Assembly (NCBI GenBank): GCA_965644265.1
Contig: OZ286460.1
Location: forward strand, 21,638,001-21,702,000
Origin: Glycera tridactyla
Lineage: Eukaryota
DNA length: 64,000 nt
Reading direction: 5' to 3'
Of this stretch, positions 61,142 through 64,000 are shown one piece after another. The translations under genes and the position numbers were made by a program. The notes beneath the pieces are model-generated. The model searched no databases and was not told the origin of the DNA. It worked only from the letters and a program-made list of their open reading frames with translations. Each line of letters opens with the position of its first letter. The first letter of the stretch is position 1.

Positions 61142-63590
61142 GAACCACCACCACGACCATTTTCACCACCACCATGGACCATCACCACCATGGACCACCA
61201 TCACCATGGACCACCACCACCACCATGGACCACCACCACCACCATGGACCACCACCACAGACCATATGGGCCACCACCACCATCATCGACCATCAACACC
61301 ATCACCATGGACCACCACCATGTACCACCACCAACACCACCATGGACCATCAACACCACCAACATGTGTCAATATCACCAACACCTCCGTGGACCACCAA
61401 CAACACCACCATGGACCACCACCACAGACCATATGGGCCACCACCACCATCATCTACCATCAACACCATCACCATGGACCACCACCACCACTATGGACCA
61501 CCACCACAGACCATATGGGCCACCACCACCATCATCACCACCATGTACCACCACCAACACCACCATGGACCACCATCACCACCACCATGGACCACCATCA
61601 CCACCGCCATGGACCACCACCACCATGGACCACCACCACCACGGACCACCCTCACCATGGACCACCACCACCATGGACCACCACCACCATGGACCACCAC
61701 CACATGCCACCATCACCATGGACCACCACCACGTGCCACCACCACCATATACTTCCACCACCACCACCATGGACCACCATCACCACCATGTGCAACCACC
61801 ACCATATACTACCATCACCACCACCATGGACCACCATCACCACCACCATGGACCTCAATGACCATCACCACCACCATGGACCATCAACACCACCACCATG
61901 GACCACCACCACCACCACCATGGGCCACCTCCACCACCACCACCACCATGGATCACCATCACCACCACCATGGACCACCACCACAGACCATATGGGCCAC
62001 CACCACCATCATCGACCATCAACACCATCACCATGGACCACCACCATAGGCCACCACCATGTACCACCACCACCACCACCATGGACCACAACTACTGCCA
62101 ACATGGACCACCACTACCATGGACCACCACCACCATGGATCACCACCACCACCATGGACCCCGTCACCACCATGGACAACCACCAGCCCCCCCATGGACC
62201 ATCACCACAACCACCACCATGGATCACCACCACCACAACCATGGACCATCACCATGAACCATCACCATGGACCACCACCATGGACAACCACCACCATGGA
62301 CCACAACTGACACCAACATGGACCACCACCATGGACCCCCATCATGGACCACCACCATGAACCATCACCACCATGGACCCTCACCACCACCATGGACCAT
62401 CACCATGACCACCACCACCATGTACCACCACCAACATGGACCACCACAACCACCACCACTGCCATGTACCACCACCACCACTATGGACCACCACCACCAC
62501 CACCATGTACCACCACCAACATGGACCACCGCCAGCCCCACCATGGACCACCACCACCACCATGGACCACAACTACTGCCAACATGGACCACTCCTACCA
62601 TAGGCATAGACCACCACCACCACCACCACCACCATGGACCACCACCAGGCCCACTATGGACCATCACCACAACCACCACCATGGATCACCACCACCACAA
62701 CCATGGACCACCACCATGGACCACCACTACCATGGACAACCACCACCTCCACCATGGACCACAACTGACACCAACATGGACCACCACCACCATGGACCCC
62801 CACCATGAACCATCACCACCACCATCCATGGACCCCCACCACCACCAAATACCACCACTAACATGGACCACCACCACCATGGACCACCATCACCACCATG
62901 AACCACCACTGCCATGTACCACCACCACAATCACCACCACCAGCACCATGGACCACCACCACCGCTATGGCCCACCACCACCACCACCATGTACCACCAC
63001 CAACATGGACCACCACCAGCCCCACCATGTACCACCACCACCACCATGTACCACCACCACCACCATGGACCACAACTACCGCCAACATGGACCGCCACCA
63101 CCATGGACCACCACCACCACTGCCATGGACCACCGCCACCACCACCATGGACCACCACCACCACCATGGACCACCACCACCACCATGGATCACCACCACC
63201 ACAATGGACCACCAACCACCATGGGCTACCACCACCACCACCATGGGCCACCACCACCACCATGGACCACCACCACCACCACTGCCAAGGACCACAACTA
63301 CCGCCAACATGGACCACCACCACCACCATGGACCACCACCACCACCATGGATCACCACCACCACAATGGACCACCAACCACCATGGGCTACCACCACCAC
63401 CACCATGGGCCACCACCACCACCATCACCACTGCTATGGACCACCACCACCACCATGGACCACCACCACCACCATGGATCACCACCACCATGGGCTACTG
63501 CCACCACCATGGACCACCACCACCACTGCCATGGACCACCGCCACCACCACCATGGACCACCACCACCACCATGGACCACCACCACCACC
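61142..63590. repeat. 2.45-kb compound (CAC)n/CACCATGGAC satellite in a RAB3GAP2 intron
   Basis: Continuous CAC runs punctuated by CCATGG(AC), with internal higher-order duplications. Confidence 0.97.
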
Positions 63591-63597
63591 AGGGATC

Positions 63598-63890
63598 ACC
63601 CAGCAAACATGACGGTATCAAGATGGTATCGAGCCAGAACCAGAAAAACGTTACATAGGTACCGTTTCGGTGCAAAATTATGGTACCGAGTCGGTTCGTC
63701 CGCGCACACATTTTTCGGTACCGAACCGGCACCAGATGCCGGTATGGAACCGATACTATGATGGTACCGGTTCGATACAGGTGAACTGGTATCTCCGTGA
63801 TACCGGCAATCCAGTACTGACCTGATACAGGCATACCGGTATCGGTCTGATGATGGCAACCAGGTATCTTTCCGGTGCTAGCAAATCGGT
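63598..63890. mobile_element. Probable MITE end rich in GGTACC/GATAC/ACCGG motifs
   Basis: Starts cccagcaaaca; dense short palindromes; CpG-rich; partner terminus not seen. Confidence 0.4.
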
Positions 63891-64000
63891 ATCTAACTGA
63901 TACTATTTATTTCACACTATTTATTTCACAAGCATCTGAAATGCTACGATCCAGGGGAGAGTAACAGGAACATAATGGCTAATGATATGAAGGGATTTCC

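Noticed and set aside
61127-63834. Many long His/Pro/Thr-rich (+) and Val/Gly/Trp-rich (-) ORFs
   Set aside because: All frames are open simultaneously because the CAC/CCATGG repeat rarely forms stop codons. There is no splice or codon evidence for one preferred frame, and the region lies in a RAB3GAP2 intron.

Overview
This is eukaryotic, intron-rich, repeat-rich animal DNA with 8 N-gaps; an invertebrate source is inferred from the repeat landscape. There are two convergent host genes. On the + strand is the 3' part of TXNDC16/ERp90 (11 reconstructable exons, 649-17417, ending in the ER-retrieval-type signal HTEL). On the - strand is most of RAB3GAP2 (26 reconstructable exons, 60352 down to the stop at 26668; its 5' exons were not found in the window). 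All reconstructed junctions are GT-AG and phase-consistent except one TXNDC16 donor hidden in a gap. The main accessory feature is a structurally complete ~5.4-kb DIRS1-type tyrosine-recombinase retrotransposon (6482-11863) in a TXNDC16 intron. It has a 40-bp ITR pair, an internal complementary region (ICR), and RT/RNase H, adenine-methyltransferase-like and YR domains. Its coding region is dead while its termini are nearly perfect. Its right end carries a cryptic 43-nt exon that the ICR hairpin would sequester. The introns also hold many non-autonomous DNA transposons (CAG(G/A)G-ended elements with 5-6-bp TSDs, TTA-flanked Harbinger-like elements, TA-flanked Tc1/mariner-like MITEs, Helentron/HINE-like elements), a SINE-like family, a decayed 33-bp repeat with codon-like conservation, an array of eight AGGTCATGACCT palindromes, and a 2.45-kb (CAC)n/CCATGG satellite. 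Protein identifications rest on recalled similarity to human orthologues and known TE motifs; no database search was run.
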